DNA of 40,189 nucleotides from Dehalococcoidia bacterium (GTDB lineage Bacteria; Chloroflexota; Dehalococcoidia; Lucifugimonadales; Australimonadaceae), in contig JBJKQC010000260.1 in NCBI GenBank assembly GCA_046705745.1, forward strand, positions 1-40,189. Direction: 5' to 3'. Below are positions 31,552-40,189 of this stretch, one piece after another (positions within the stretch are counted from its first letter, which is position 1; the number at the start of each line of letters is the position of its first letter). Below the pieces are notes generated by a model. The model was not told where the DNA came from, did no database searches, and saw nothing but the letters and a program-made list of their open reading frames with translations. A program made the position numbers and the translations under genes.

Positions 31552-33126
31552 ATGCAAACTCCACTGCTCGAACTGGTAACTGCGCACGATCTTCCTGAGC
31601 TTCAGAAATCGCTGAGTAAGGCTCAGCCTGAGGACATAGCCCAGCTGCTCACGTCATTGCCCGAGCCCGAGCGGCTGCTCGTCCTTCAGCTACTGGACAG
31701 CCAAACCGCTGCAGCGGTTTTCGAGTTGCTCACCAAGCGAACGGAGACGGGCGGATCCAGTGCGCTATCGCCGAAGGACTTCTTAACGCCCGAAACGGTT
31801 GATTTGCTCCTCGCTGAGCGCCAGTTCCGCACGCTCCATGAGCTCTTTGTCCAGACCAACCCCGTCGACATAGCCAGGCTTTTGAGCAACCTGCCCCCGG
31901 AAGAGGCAGTGGTTGCGTTTCGCCTGTTGCCAAAAGACTCGGCGGTCGGAGCGTTTGAGCAGTTGGAAAGTGGCCGGCAGCAGGCCCTGCTGGAGGCGTT
32001 TACGGATCAGCGGGCGCGCACCCTCGTCAGTGCCATGTCCCCCGATGACCGCACCCGCTTGCTGGACGAAGTTCCGGCGATGGTTGCCTTCCGGCTACTC
32101 CGCCTCCTTCCTCCTCACTTAAGGGAGACTACGCAAACGCTCTTGGGCTACCCCGACCAAAGCGCGGGGCGGCTCATGACACCGGACTTTGTCGATCTCC
32201 GCCGTACCATGACCGTGGTCCAAGCACTGGAACGGATCCGCAGCCTGGCGCTGGACAAGGAGACCATCTACTACGCTTACGTGACCGACTCGGAGCGCCA
32301 CCTTCTCGGCACCGTCTCTTTGAAGGATATCGTGCTCGCGCAGCCGGAGGCCATTATTGGCGACATTATGAAGCCCGAGTCCAAGTCGGTCTCGACCCTA
32401 ATGGATCAAGAGCAGGTCGCGCGGGTATTTCGAGACTACGACCTCTTGGCAGTGCCAGTGGTGGATAGCGAGGACCGCCTTGTCGGAATTGTCACGTGGG
32501 ATGACGTCCTCGACGTCATCGAGGCAGAAGCCACGGAAGACATCCATCGCATGGCTGGCCTAGGAGTGAAGGAAAGGGCTAACACCCCAATCCTGGAATC
32601 CGCCACTCGCCGTGTCCCATGGCTGGCTTTCAACATGGCATGGGCCTTCGCTGGCGCGGCCATCATCAACGTGTTTGAGGGCACCCTGTCGCAAGTCGTC
32701 GCGCTGGCCGTCTTCATGCCGATGATCGCTGGTCAGGCCGGCAATGCAGGCATACAGACGGCCACGATTGTTGTGCGGTCCATGGCGCTTGGTGATTTTG
32801 AACGCTTGAAGCTCAGTCGACTCATGCTGAAGGAGTGGGGCGTCGGACTCATCAAAGGCACCATATTCGGGTTTATCCTTGGCGTTGTTGTTTGGCTCAT
32901 GAAAAGGAACGTGGCGCTCGCGGAGATCACGGGCGGGGCGCTTTTTCTGAACATGCTCGTGGCCTCTACAGCTGGTGTCCTCATCCCTGTTACGCTGCGA
33001 CGGTTTGGCGTCGACCCTGCCAGCGTCGCCGGGGTCTTCGATACGATGCTGACCGACTTCATGGGCTTTCTTATCTACCTTGGTTTGGCGACGATTTTCA
33101 TCGGTGCCCTGCTCTCGGCGCGTTAG
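31552..33126 (+). CDS. mgtE: Magnesium transporter MgtE with an extra N-terminal MgtE_N-type repeat
   Basis: ATG at 31552. MgtE_N motifs (PEDIAQLLTSLPEPE.. and PVDIARLLSNLPPEE..), two CBS modules (AGRLMTPDFVDL..., LAVPVVDSEDRLVGIVTWDDVLDV) and a C-terminal TM domain (PMIAGQAGNAGIQT, DPASVAGVFDTMLTD). Confidence 0.9.
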   Translation: MQTPLLELVTAHDLPELQKSLSKAQPEDIAQLLTSLPEPERLLVLQLLDSQTAAAVFELLTKRTETGGSSALSPKDFLTPETVDLLLAERQFRTLHELFVQTNPVDIARLLSNLPPEEAVVAFRLLPKDSAVGAFEQLESGRQQALLEAFTDQRARTLVSAMSPDDRTRLLDEVPAMVAFRLLRLLPPHLRETTQTLLGYPDQSAGRLMTPDFVDLRRTMTVVQALERIRSLALDKETIYYAYVTDSERHLLGTVSLKDIVLAQPEAIIGDIMKPESKSVSTLMDQEQVARVFRDYDLLAVPVVDSEDRLVGIVTWDDVLDVIEAEATEDIHRMAGLGVKERANTPILESATRRVPWLAFNMAWAFAGAAIINVFEGTLSQVVALAVFMPMIAGQAGNAGIQTATIVVRSMALGDFERLKLSRLMLKEWGVGLIKGTIFGFILGVVVWLMKRNVALAEITGGALFLNMLVASTAGVLIPVTLRRFGVDPASVAGVFDTMLTDFMGFLIYLGLATIFIGALLSAR

Positions 33127-33201
33127 AGTAGCGGCACCTCGCTCAAGTCAGGCGCCTGGCGGAGTAGAAATAACCGGGGTGCGACGGATGAGCCAGCCTG
33201 C

Positions 33202-33567
33202 TTAGGCAACTCCCCAGGCTTTCAGTTCGGCGTCCGTGATGCCAAAGTGGTGGGCGACCTCATGGACCACGGTCTGCCGCACCTGATCCACGACCTCCTC
33301 GCGTGTGGAGCAGAGGCTCTCGATAGGTCCCTGGAAAATCGTAATGATGTCCGGCAGGACCATGTTGTAATTCTGGCGTCGCGTCAGTGGAGTGCCCTGA
33401 TAAAGCCCGAGCAGCGTCTCGCCCTCTTCCAAGCCCGCCGCCACCATCTGGCCCTTGGTAGGCCAGCGCCGCACTTGGACATCCACGTTTTGCATGATAC
33501 TGAGGAAGTCTTGGGGGATGCGGTCAATCGCTTCCCGCACCAACTCCTCGAAGTCCGCTTTCCGCAT
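33202..33567 (-). CDS. Zincin-like metallopeptidase family protein (DUF1025/MPR-like)
   Basis: 121 aa with an HEVAHHFG zinc motif near the C-terminus and FE.LV.EA...IP..F......NV.V.V pattern at the N-terminus. Confidence 0.75.
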   Translation of the reverse strand: MRKADFEELVREAIDRIPQDFLSIMQNVDVQVRRWPTKGQMVAAGLEEGETLLGLYQGTPLTRRQNYNMVLPDIITIFQGPIESLCSTREEVVDQVRQTVVHEVAHHFGITDAELKAWGVA

Positions 33568-33668
33568 GGTATTGTCTCGTCCCCCTCCCTTGTTGGGAGT
33601 GAGCTAGGGTGCGGGTCAGGCACTTTCTCGGCGCGGCCCGCCACATCAAACCGCGTCAAATGGAGAGC

Positions 33669-34526
33669 CTACACTGGCACCACGAGGCGACCTCGAATAT
33701 CCTTGAGGGTCTGCACATTCCTCGCATCAGGTCCCTTGTTTTCGTAGCCAGGCACCTCCAGGTAAAACGGGACGTCCCTGAAAGCTGGGTGGCCCAAGAT
33801 GGCCTCGAATGCGGCTAGCCCCATCTGGCCCTCGCCGATGTTCTCATGTCGGTCAACGCCCCCGCCAAGCGGTGGCTTCGAATCGTTGCAATGCACGGCT
33901 GCCAGGTGCTCGTTGCCGATCTCCTTCTCGAATTCCTTCATGACAGCCGCCACGCCCGAAGGCGTGGTGAGGTCGTAACCGGCAGCGAAACTGTGTTGGG
34001 TGTCCAAGCAGACCTGGACGCGCGGGTCGTTGACCTCGCGCAGCACTGCACCGAGCTCCGCGAACTTCGAACCTACGTGATTTCCCATACCCGCGCTGTT
34101 CTCCAGAATGAGCAGAGTGTCGTCCGGTGAATGGTCGAGCACCTCGCGGATGCCGCTGCAAATCTGGTCGAAGCAGGCTTCGAATCCGCGGCCTTTATGG
34201 CTACCCAGGTGGAAGATGACGCCCATCAGGCCAAGGTCGTGGGCCGCGTTCATGTAGTTGATAAGGGACTGTTTGCTGCGGCTCACCAGCGTCTCGTCAT
34301 CGGCCCCAAGGCTCACTAGGTAGATGCCGTGGAAGACGTTCGGACCGATATCGTGCCCCATGGCCTTCGTCCTGAACTTGGTGGCGACCAGCTCATCCAC
34401 GGGCTTGAAGGCCCATCCCTGCGGCGGCGAGCAAAAGATTTGCACAGCCTCAGCGCCGATTTCAATGGCGCGGTCGATCGCGAGATCCAAGCCTCCCGCG
34501 GTGGATACGTGCGCGCCGATCCGCAT
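33669..34526 (-). CDS. nfo: Deoxyribonuclease IV (endonuclease IV)
   Basis: MRIGAHVS.AGG, AVQIF...PQ.W, FHG.YL.NL, ILENSAG.G, CLDT.H.FAAGYD and HCNDSK...G...DRHENIGEG. All Nfo metal-binding motifs are present. Confidence 0.9.
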   Translation of the reverse strand: MRIGAHVSTAGGLDLAIDRAIEIGAEAVQIFCSPPQGWAFKPVDELVATKFRTKAMGHDIGPNVFHGIYLVSLGADDETLVSRSKQSLINYMNAAHDLGLMGVIFHLGSHKGRGFEACFDQICSGIREVLDHSPDDTLLILENSAGMGNHVGSKFAELGAVLREVNDPRVQVCLDTQHSFAAGYDLTTPSGVAAVMKEFEKEIGNEHLAAVHCNDSKPPLGGGVDRHENIGEGQMGLAAFEAILGHPAFRDVPFYLEVPGYENKGPDARNVQTLKDIRGRLVVPV

Positions 34527-34610
34527 AAATTCTCCTTTGGGGCAGTCCTAACACGTGCCCCGACGTTGCATTATCCTGAATGCCGCCGGTCAGCGTCCAC
34601 CCGTTTTGCC

Positions 34611-35027
34611 ATGACTATGTTTCCCAAAGACACGCCGCCGTCCATCGCCGTCTCCCAATCGGCCTCCGCCCGCAACGTCGGCGAGGGCTTGTGGGAGGTG
34701 AGCTTCCAGTTCGTCAACGCGACCGACGCGCCGGCTACCTTGTTGGCCGCTTGGCTTCCGCACGGGCGGTTTAGGTCCGGCGAGAGCCCGCTGGACGAGG
34801 TACCCTCGCTCGAGCCCGGCGGGCGACAGGTCCTCGGGTTCCTGGTGGCGTTCCAAGAGCCGCCGGGGACCGAGGTGGAGAACGCCTTCGTCATCCTCCG
34901 GCTGGAATGGCGGGGCGGCACGTGGCGCGTACTGGCCCGGTTGACGGTTACGGCGGGCGAGGACGGCGCGCCTCGTGCCAACACCGAGTTGGTCACGGCG
35001 CACCGTGTGGGATTCGCGGGACAATGA
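34611..35027 (+). CDS. Hypothetical protein (predicted all-beta)
   Basis: Probable ATG at 34611 (MTMFPKDTPPSIAVSQ...). The upstream part of the track ORF is antisense to nfo. No motif was recognised. Confidence 0.4.
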   Translation: MTMFPKDTPPSIAVSQSASARNVGEGLWEVSFQFVNATDAPATLLAAWLPHGRFRSGESPLDEVPSLEPGGRQVLGFLVAFQEPPGTEVENAFVILRLEWRGGTWRVLARLTVTAGEDGAPRANTELVTAHRVGFAGQ

Positions 35028-35151
35028 CGAATGCTACAATCCCCCCGAGAAACCTTTGAGGGCAGCCGTGAACGCAGACGACCGCTACGTCATGGAACGC
35101 ATGCGTGGCTGATACCGAAACTGAAGGGGAGACTTCGAAGAGACCACGGGT

Positions 35152-35283
35152 ATGGTCTCAAGCGCTCTCGGTATCTCGTTGGAAGAGCTGCTGAAAAAGC
35201 TAGAGCACTTCCGGCGTGAATACGCCGATGACCCGGAGTACAAGGCACTCCGGTCGGCGTTGCCTGACGATTTCCCACTGTGA
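35152..35283 (+). CDS. Candidate 43-aa small protein (MVSSALGISLEELLKKLEHFRREYADDPEYKALRSALPDDFPL)
   Basis: Falls below the ORF-track length cutoff. Amphipathic-helix composition that is protein-like rather than GC-shadow-like. Convergent with the TenA/PqqC-like gene. The RBS is weak. Confidence 0.3.
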   Translation: MVSSALGISLEELLKKLEHFRREYADDPEYKALRSALPDDFPL

Positions 35284-35288
35284 TTCCA

Positions 35289-36044
35289 CTACCGCGCCAG
35301 TCGCACCCGTGGCTGGAGCAGCTTCAGCGGGCGCACGCCTGCCCAGTACTCGCGCTGGCCCGTCATGGCCTGCACGTGTCCGTCCCATTCCAGGTTCCAC
35401 GCCTCCAGCCCCAGCCGCACTGCCTTCCGCACTTGCTCTTGCGTTTCTTCATCCGTGGCCAGCCTGCGGATCATGTCGATCTGATGTGAGCCGTGCCCCA
35501 CGTCCTGTTGGGCGTGGATCCGGTAGGTCTCCGCCGCGTGCTCGGAGAAGCCGTAGTAGCCGACCAGCTCTGGATAGACTGACGCCGCGGCCCCATCAGG
35601 TCCGCCATGCTGACTTTCCACGAAGGCAAGCATGGCGATGCCCTCTAGCGCCGAGCGCCTCTGGCAGTGCCCCAGGATCATCTCGATAGCCGCCAGCGTG
35701 CCGGGCGCCGGCTCCGCCCTGTCCGCCTCCTCGCGGGAGATGCCCCCCTCCTCTAGGAACTGGAACATGATGTCCACGTGGCTCTTTTCGCCCGCCAACT
35801 CCTCCATGTAGTTCTCCAGCACCACCTCCGTGAGACCGGGGATACGCTCTCGGGCGGCGTTCACCGCGATGTAGCCGAAGTAGACCGGGTTCTCCCGCAC
35901 GCGCAGGTAGTGCTGTACCTCACCCAGTACTATCTGCTCCCTTGTCCAACGGTGCTCGACGATCCCCCGGAACCAGGGGTGCTCCCGCATGGGGAACTGC
36001 GCGGCGTAGTCCCACATCTCGGCAATGAAATCGTCCACTTGCAT
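35289..36044 (-). CDS. TenA/PqqC-like (heme-oxygenase-like fold) iron-containing redox enzyme family protein
   Basis: 251 aa. HPWFRGI..H.WTREQI..GEVQHY..V, EE..GEKSH..MF.QF and E....H.Q.D.GH are typical of the Haem_oxygenas_2/PqqC-like family. Confidence 0.7.
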   Translation of the reverse strand: MQVDDFIAEMWDYAAQFPMREHPWFRGIVEHRWTREQIVLGEVQHYLRVRENPVYFGYIAVNAARERIPGLTEVVLENYMEELAGEKSHVDIMFQFLEEGGISREEADRAEPAPGTLAAIEMILGHCQRRSALEGIAMLAFVESQHGGPDGAAASVYPELVGYYGFSEHAAETYRIHAQQDVGHGSHQIDMIRRLATDEETQEQVRKAVRLGLEAWNLEWDGHVQAMTGQREYWAGVRPLKLLQPRVRLAR

Positions 36045-36206
36045 CGCCTGCCTCCCGTCGAGGCGACGCCGTCGCCTCTTGCTCCTTGCCTTGCCTACAG
36101 CAATAGTTGGAGGGCTTCATGGTACACCCGGCGGCCATGGCATCGCGTGCGATCGCCGATGCGGGATGCCTGCGATGAGGTCACTGCCCTTGGCAATGGG
36201 GCCGTA

Positions 36207-36602
36207 TCAGCCCGGAATGACAGTCAGAAGGACGTCGCGCTCCCGTGGGCCGTCCAGCTCCACCAACACCACTCGTTGCCAGGTGCCCAGTGCCAAGCGC
36301 CCACCTTGCATGGGCAGCGTCAGCGAGGCGCCGATAATGGCGCTGAGGATGTGCGATGGCACGTGGGAGGGGTCGTGGGGGTGGCGGTAACGGAGCTTGG
36401 GGACCATCTCACGGAGAGCGTCCAGCAAGTCCTCGTCCGTCCCCGGGTCCAGGTCCATCACCGTCAACGCCGCCGTGGTGTGGCGCGTGAACAAGTGGCA
36501 GATGCCGTCGCCACGAGTACTTTCGGGCAGATGGTTGGAGACGGCCTCCGTGATGTCTATGACCTGCCTGGGATGCCGCGACCGCACGGTAAGCGTTGGC
36601 AT
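36207..36602 (-). CDS. yjbQ: YjbQ/UPF0047 family protein (secondary thiamine-phosphate synthase family)
   Basis: 131 aa. VIDIT..V......S....G.CHLFT.HTTAALTV.....DP....DL...L...VP, HP.....H.PSH....I.G.SLT.P...G.L.LGTWQ....VE.DG. Canonical YjbQ motifs. Confidence 0.85.
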   Translation of the reverse strand: MPTLTVRSRHPRQVIDITEAVSNHLPESTRGDGICHLFTRHTTAALTVMDLDPGTDEDLLDALREMVPKLRYRHPHDPSHVPSHILSAIIGASLTLPMQGGRLALGTWQRVVLVELDGPRERDVLLTVIPG

Positions 36603-36672
36603 ACCCTGAAGGTAATGCCAAGCATCCCAAATGGGAACCCGTCAGCATGGACTTGATGCAGGTTTCTGTTCT

Positions 36673-37638
36673 CTACGCTGTGGCGCGCTCCCGACTTCCA
36701 ATGAACGGCATCACGCGGCGCAGCCATCGCCCCAGCTCCCCGTTCTCCCAGGACACCAACATCAGGCTGGCGATGAATATGGAGCTGTAGGTCCCCACTA
36801 CCACGCCGGCGGCTGTCACATATAACAGGGGCTGTATGGACTGGGTGGCGAAGAGGATGAGCGCGATAACCACGATGAGGACGGTGATGGACGTATTGAG
36901 GGAACGGGCCATCGTCTCCTTCACCGACAGACCGACAACCTCGGCGATGGGCGCGCCGGGGAACTTCGTGATGTTCTCGCGCACACGGTCAAAGATGACG
37001 ATAGTGTCGTTAACGCTATAGCCTATCACCAGCAGGATGCCCGTGATGAACATGGTATTGACTTCCATGTGGATGGTCTTCCCCAGTATGGAGAACAACC
37101 CCACGCTGATGACGGTGTCATGCGCCAGGGCGACGATAGCGCTCGTTCCATAGCGGAAGGGGTTGGGCACGCGCCGGAACGCCCAGGTCACGTAGAACAT
37201 GATGGCGACGGCGGCCACGAGGACGGCGATGATAGCGTTCCGCACGTTCTGCGCGCCCACGACGCCGGAAATGGTCTGGAAGTTTTGGATATTCGCCGTG
37301 CCAATGCTCGATAGCGCCTGCCGGACTTGTGACTCCTGGCCCGGTTTAATCACGTTCCCCTGCTGGTCGCGGACGTCCAGAGTCAGCACTCCTGTGCGGA
37401 TGAAGAAGCCATTATTCCCGGTCGATTGGACGATGGCGTCCGACTGGCCGACGGAGCTGAGCGCCTGCTGCACCTGCGTCGCTGTCACCGGCTGCTGATA
37501 GCTGACTGTAATGGCGGCGCCACCTGTGAAGTCGATCCCTGGGACCAGCGCCGGCGGTATCAGCAGCGAGATGATGGAAATCAGGACCAGCGTCCCAGAA
37601 AGGAGGAAGAACCATTTGCGGTGGCGGACAATCTCCAT
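36673..37638 (-). CDS. secF: Protein translocase subunit SecF
   Basis: 321 aa. GIDFTGG, DTIVIFDRVRE and six TM segments. Abuts the secD stop. Confidence 0.9.
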   Translation of the reverse strand: MEIVRHRKWFFLLSGTLVLISIISLLIPPALVPGIDFTGGAAITVSYQQPVTATQVQQALSSVGQSDAIVQSTGNNGFFIRTGVLTLDVRDQQGNVIKPGQESQVRQALSSIGTANIQNFQTISGVVGAQNVRNAIIAVLVAAVAIMFYVTWAFRRVPNPFRYGTSAIVALAHDTVISVGLFSILGKTIHMEVNTMFITGILLVIGYSVNDTIVIFDRVRENITKFPGAPIAEVVGLSVKETMARSLNTSITVLIVVIALILFATQSIQPLLYVTAAGVVVGTYSSIFIASLMLVSWENGELGRWLRRVMPFIGSRERATA

Positions 37639-39006
37639 CTAAGCACCTCGCTCCGTGGCCAAAGCCTGGCTTGCCCGTTTGGGGCTCCCTTCCGGGCTGA
37701 ACACCGGAAACTTCCGGAGAGGAGTCGCGATGACGATGGCCAGTACAGTTCGCGTCACAGCGAAGGCGGTGAACAGATTCGCGACCACGCCGATAGCGAG
37801 CGTAACGGCAAAGCCGGTAACCGCAGAGTTCGCGCCGCTGCTCCCGAAGAAGAAAAGGATGGCGGCGGTGATGAGCGTGGATACGTGGCCGTCCCGAATG
37901 GCGGACCAGGCCCTATTGAATCCTATCTGCAGAGAGAACGGCAGTGTCCTGCCCGCCCGCAGCTCTTCCTTCATGCGCTCGAAGATGAGGACGTTGACAT
38001 CCACCGCCATGCCCAGGGTCATGATGAACCCTGCGACACCCGCCAGGGTCAGGGTTACTGGGATGAGTTTAAAGATGGCGAGGACGATGGCGGTGTAAAA
38101 GGCCAGGACCAGGGAAGCCACGAAGCCCGACAGCCGGTAATACACGGTCATGAAGAACATCACGAGCGCGAGACCGACGATGCCGGCCACCAAGGCGCTC
38201 TTCAGCGAAAGCGAGCCAAGGGTGGGTGCTATGGTGCTGGAAGATATCTGCTGGACCGGCACCGGTAAGGCGCCTGACTCTATCTGGATGGCAAGCTGAC
38301 GGACCTGTTCGGCCGTGAAATTGCCCGTGATCTGCCCGCTTCCGGAGAGGATAGGCGACTGCACATCCGCCGAGACAAGGACTTGGTTGTCCAGCGTGAA
38401 GGCGAGCTGGTCCGGGTTGTTCGGTTTCGTGGTGTTCGTGGCGTAGATCTGTTGAGTGACCTCCGCGAAATGCTTCGCTGCGGCTGGTTTGAGCTGGAAG
38501 AGCAGAATCGGCTTGCCAGTCGTCGGGTCTTGCCCGGGAGACGCGCTGGACATGTCCGCGCCCGTCAAACCCGTGTCCTGGTCGGTGTAGCTCGTGCAGC
38601 CGGGGTTGTTGCACACGCGGTGGACGATCTTGAGCTGAGCGGTCTTCCCAATCTGACCTTCGGCCTGGCTAATGTTTTGAAAGCCGGGAAGTTGGATTAC
38701 CAGGCGGTCCTTGCCGAGCTGCTGAATGGTCGGCGAGGCTACGCCTAGGCTGTCAATGCGGCGGGTGATAGTGGAGATCAGTCCGTCCATCTGGTTCTGC
38801 GTAGGCGGTTGGCCGTTGACATTGCCCGCTTGATAGACGAGGTTGATCCCGCCGGCGAGGTCCAGGCCGAGCGTCAGGCCCATAATCTGATCCGAGCCGC
38901 GTTTGAAGCCGAGCACATTGACCTGCTGGGAGACAAGTGCCGCAACGGCGAGGGCGACTATGACCAGGATGAATGCCAGTGATCTAAGATGAAATCTACG
39001 TACCAA
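37639..39006 (-). CDS. secD: Protein translocase subunit SecD
   Basis: 455 aa. LGLDLAGG, periplasmic domain, GLALVMFFM..YYRLSG, LTLAGVAGFI.T.GMAVD.NVLIFER.KEE. Confidence 0.9.
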   Translation of the reverse strand: MVRRFHLRSLAFILVIVALAVAALVSQQVNVLGFKRGSDQIMGLTLGLDLAGGINLVYQAGNVNGQPPTQNQMDGLISTITRRIDSLGVASPTIQQLGKDRLVIQLPGFQNISQAEGQIGKTAQLKIVHRVCNNPGCTSYTDQDTGLTGADMSSASPGQDPTTGKPILLFQLKPAAAKHFAEVTQQIYATNTTKPNNPDQLAFTLDNQVLVSADVQSPILSGSGQITGNFTAEQVRQLAIQIESGALPVPVQQISSSTIAPTLGSLSLKSALVAGIVGLALVMFFMTVYYRLSGFVASLVLAFYTAIVLAIFKLIPVTLTLAGVAGFIMTLGMAVDVNVLIFERMKEELRAGRTLPFSLQIGFNRAWSAIRDGHVSTLITAAILFFFGSSGANSAVTGFAVTLAIGVVANLFTAFAVTRTVLAIVIATPLRKFPVFSPEGSPKRASQALATERGA

Positions 39007-39036
39007 GCTGGACCTCGAAGGGGCGGTGCCAAGATT

Positions 39037-39099
39037 CCCTTTCCCTCAGGGAAAGGGTCAGGGTGAGGGCTATTTCCCCTCCTCCTTGATAGGGGAGGG
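39037..39099. repeat. Two adjacent GC-rich hairpins (CCCTTTCCC-TCA-GGGAAAGGG followed by TCAGGGTGAGGG, then CCCCT-N10-AGGGG), same family as 4186-4217
   Basis: Perfect 9-bp inverted repeat at 39037-39057, and GGGTCAGGG as in the other copies. Located in the cca-secD spacer. Confidence 0.45.
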
Positions 39100-39191
39100 T
39101 CATGACGGGGATGGAAAGCTCATGGGGCAAAGCTATCACTCCCATCCTAACCTTTTCCCGCCAGACGAAAAGCGACTTTCCGCACACGCTT

Positions 39192-40189
39192 TCATGATTT
39201 ACGATCACCGATGATAGAACGATTGCTTGCCAGGAGCCGGTGCGCCAACTCCAGCGCTTCCTCGCGCGAGCCGATTTCGCCGGCACCAGCCGCTTCTTCG
39301 ATTGCCTTCAGCAGGCGCCCCAGAGGGGGCCCAGGCTTCAGTTGGAAGCGCTCCATGAGGTCGTGACCCGTCAGGAGGCGCGGTCTTTTCGTTTCACGGT
39401 CGCTAGACTCATTCCTGAGCACCGAAGAACAGATTGTAGCATGGCGCTGCCATCGCGGGAACTCGAAATCCGGCCCTCGTGCGCCCAGATGGTCGGCCAA
39501 GCTAAGGTACAGCGTGTCGACTGCGGCGTCGCCCAAATCACGGTAATACCGCCATACGGCCCTGCGCGAAGGCTCTTGAGGCTGGGGCGCCTCGCCGGGA
39601 GCGCCCCTTCGTGGTGATACCAGCTGAGTGGGGCGGAGGTGCTCCAGGACCATGAGCGCCACGTGGCGGATAGCCTTCCCACTGAAGTGCAGCCGCGCCA
39701 TGGTCGCTTTCGTCATCTCGGCCCCCAGCTCAGGGTGTCCCAAGAACCGCATGCGCCCGTCCTGCTCCACTGAACGCGAGGCCGGTTTCCCGATGTCGTG
39801 AAACAGCGAGGCCAACTTGACGAAGGTGCTCCGCGGGTGCTCGTGGGCGAAGGTGGTTGCGAAGTGAGTCGCCAGCGTGCCGTCCCACGGCACCTCGTTC
39901 AGGACTTCGCTGGGCAGTCCCTCGCGGCCCAGCAGCTTGCGGGCGAAACCTACTGTCTGGAGCGTGTGCTCCAGCACGTCCCAGTGGTGCTCGGGCGGTT
40001 GTAGGCACCCCCGCATGGGCGCCATTTCGGGGAAGAGGCGCATGAGCAGGCCGAGACGGTCCAAGGTGTGGAGCGCCTCGGTAGCGTCGGGCGCTTCCAG
40101 CAGCAGGAGAAACTCGTCCCGCAGGCGGTCCGGCGACACCCGCTCCACGAGCTCGGCGCTGTCGACCAGGGCCTCCTCCAGCCCGGCGT
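39192..40189 (-). CDS. cca: CCA-adding tRNA nucleotidyltransferase/poly(A) polymerase family protein, C-terminal part with HD domain; the 5' end lies outside the window
   Basis: RLRDEFLLLLEAPDATEALHTLDRLGLLMRLFPE (RNA-binding region) and HHWDVLEHTL...LFHDIGKP...GHPELGA (HD domain). The frame stays open to the window edge. Confidence 0.75.
   Translation of the reverse strand, partial: AGLEEALVDSAELVERVSPDRLRDEFLLLLEAPDATEALHTLDRLGLLMRLFPEMAPMRGCLQPPEHHWDVLEHTLQTVGFARKLLGREGLPSEVLNEVPWDGTLATHFATTFAHEHPRSTFVKLASLFHDIGKPASRSVEQDGRMRFLGHPELGAEMTKATMARLHFSGKAIRHVALMVLEHLRPTQLVSPRRGAPGEAPQPQEPSRRAVWRYYRDLGDAAVDTLYLSLADHLGARGPDFEFPRWQRHATICSSVLRNESSDRETKRPRLLTGHDLMERFQLKPGPPLGRLLKAIEEAAGAGEIGSREEALELAHRLLASNRSIIGDRKS

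Noticed and set aside
34177-34187. tRNA T-arm-like GCTTCGAATCC
   Set aside because: It lies inside the well-supported nfo coding sequence, and no acceptor or anticodon stems can be built around it.
35778-38268. Plus-strand ORFs 35778-36656 (292 aa) and 37426-38268 (280 aa)
   Set aside because: They are antisense to the TenA/PqqC-like gene, yjbQ and secF/secD. Their composition is low-complexity and rich in Arg, Gly, Asp and His.

Overview
High-GC (~60%) bacterial chromosomal window that is almost entirely coding. By inference it comes from a Chloroflexota-like monoderm. The grounds are lipoprotein solute-binding proteins with long Thr/Pro-rich tethers, cytoplasmic RdhA homologues, a translin homologue and a complex I operon without an N-module.

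Gene order:
- partial H+/Na+-pyrophosphatase hppA (-)
- translin-like gene (-)
- stand-alone SUOX-fold molybdopterin-domain protein (+)
- a 10.7-kb nuoB-C-D-H-I-J-K-[DUF2007-like]-L-M-N operon with no nuoA and no nuoEFG
- a 1.19-kb ORF-poor island holding a ~237-bp direct duplication with two arrays of eight 11-bp phased repeats
- a TTT-type transporter (two tctC paralogues plus a tctA::tctB fusion)
- small coupled genes, then a DUF2267 operon (-) and thiE with an N-terminal extension (-)
- a translationally coupled pair of a HAS-barrel-only protein and a HerA/DUF87-type ATPase, with no NurA
- a three-gene cluster: cytoplasmic reductive-dehalogenase-like protein, an RdhA-like paralogue lacking the Fe-S domain, and a 7Fe-ferredoxin::DUF336(GlcG) fusion
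- MetE-like methyltransferase (-), SRPBCC protein, leucine dehydrogenase, mgtE, zincin-like peptidase (-), nfo (-), TenA/PqqC-like (-), yjbQ (-), secF/secD (-) and partial cca (-)

I could not support any rRNA, tRNA, CRISPR array or intact mobile element. A small GC-rich hairpin repeat family is scattered through intergenic spacers.

The best candidates for undescribed biology are the phased-repeat island (13573-14762), the HAS-barrel/HerA pair (22990-25178) and the split RdhA/ferredoxin-DUF336 cluster (25482-28393). All functional calls rest on motif recognition by eye, since no searches could be run.
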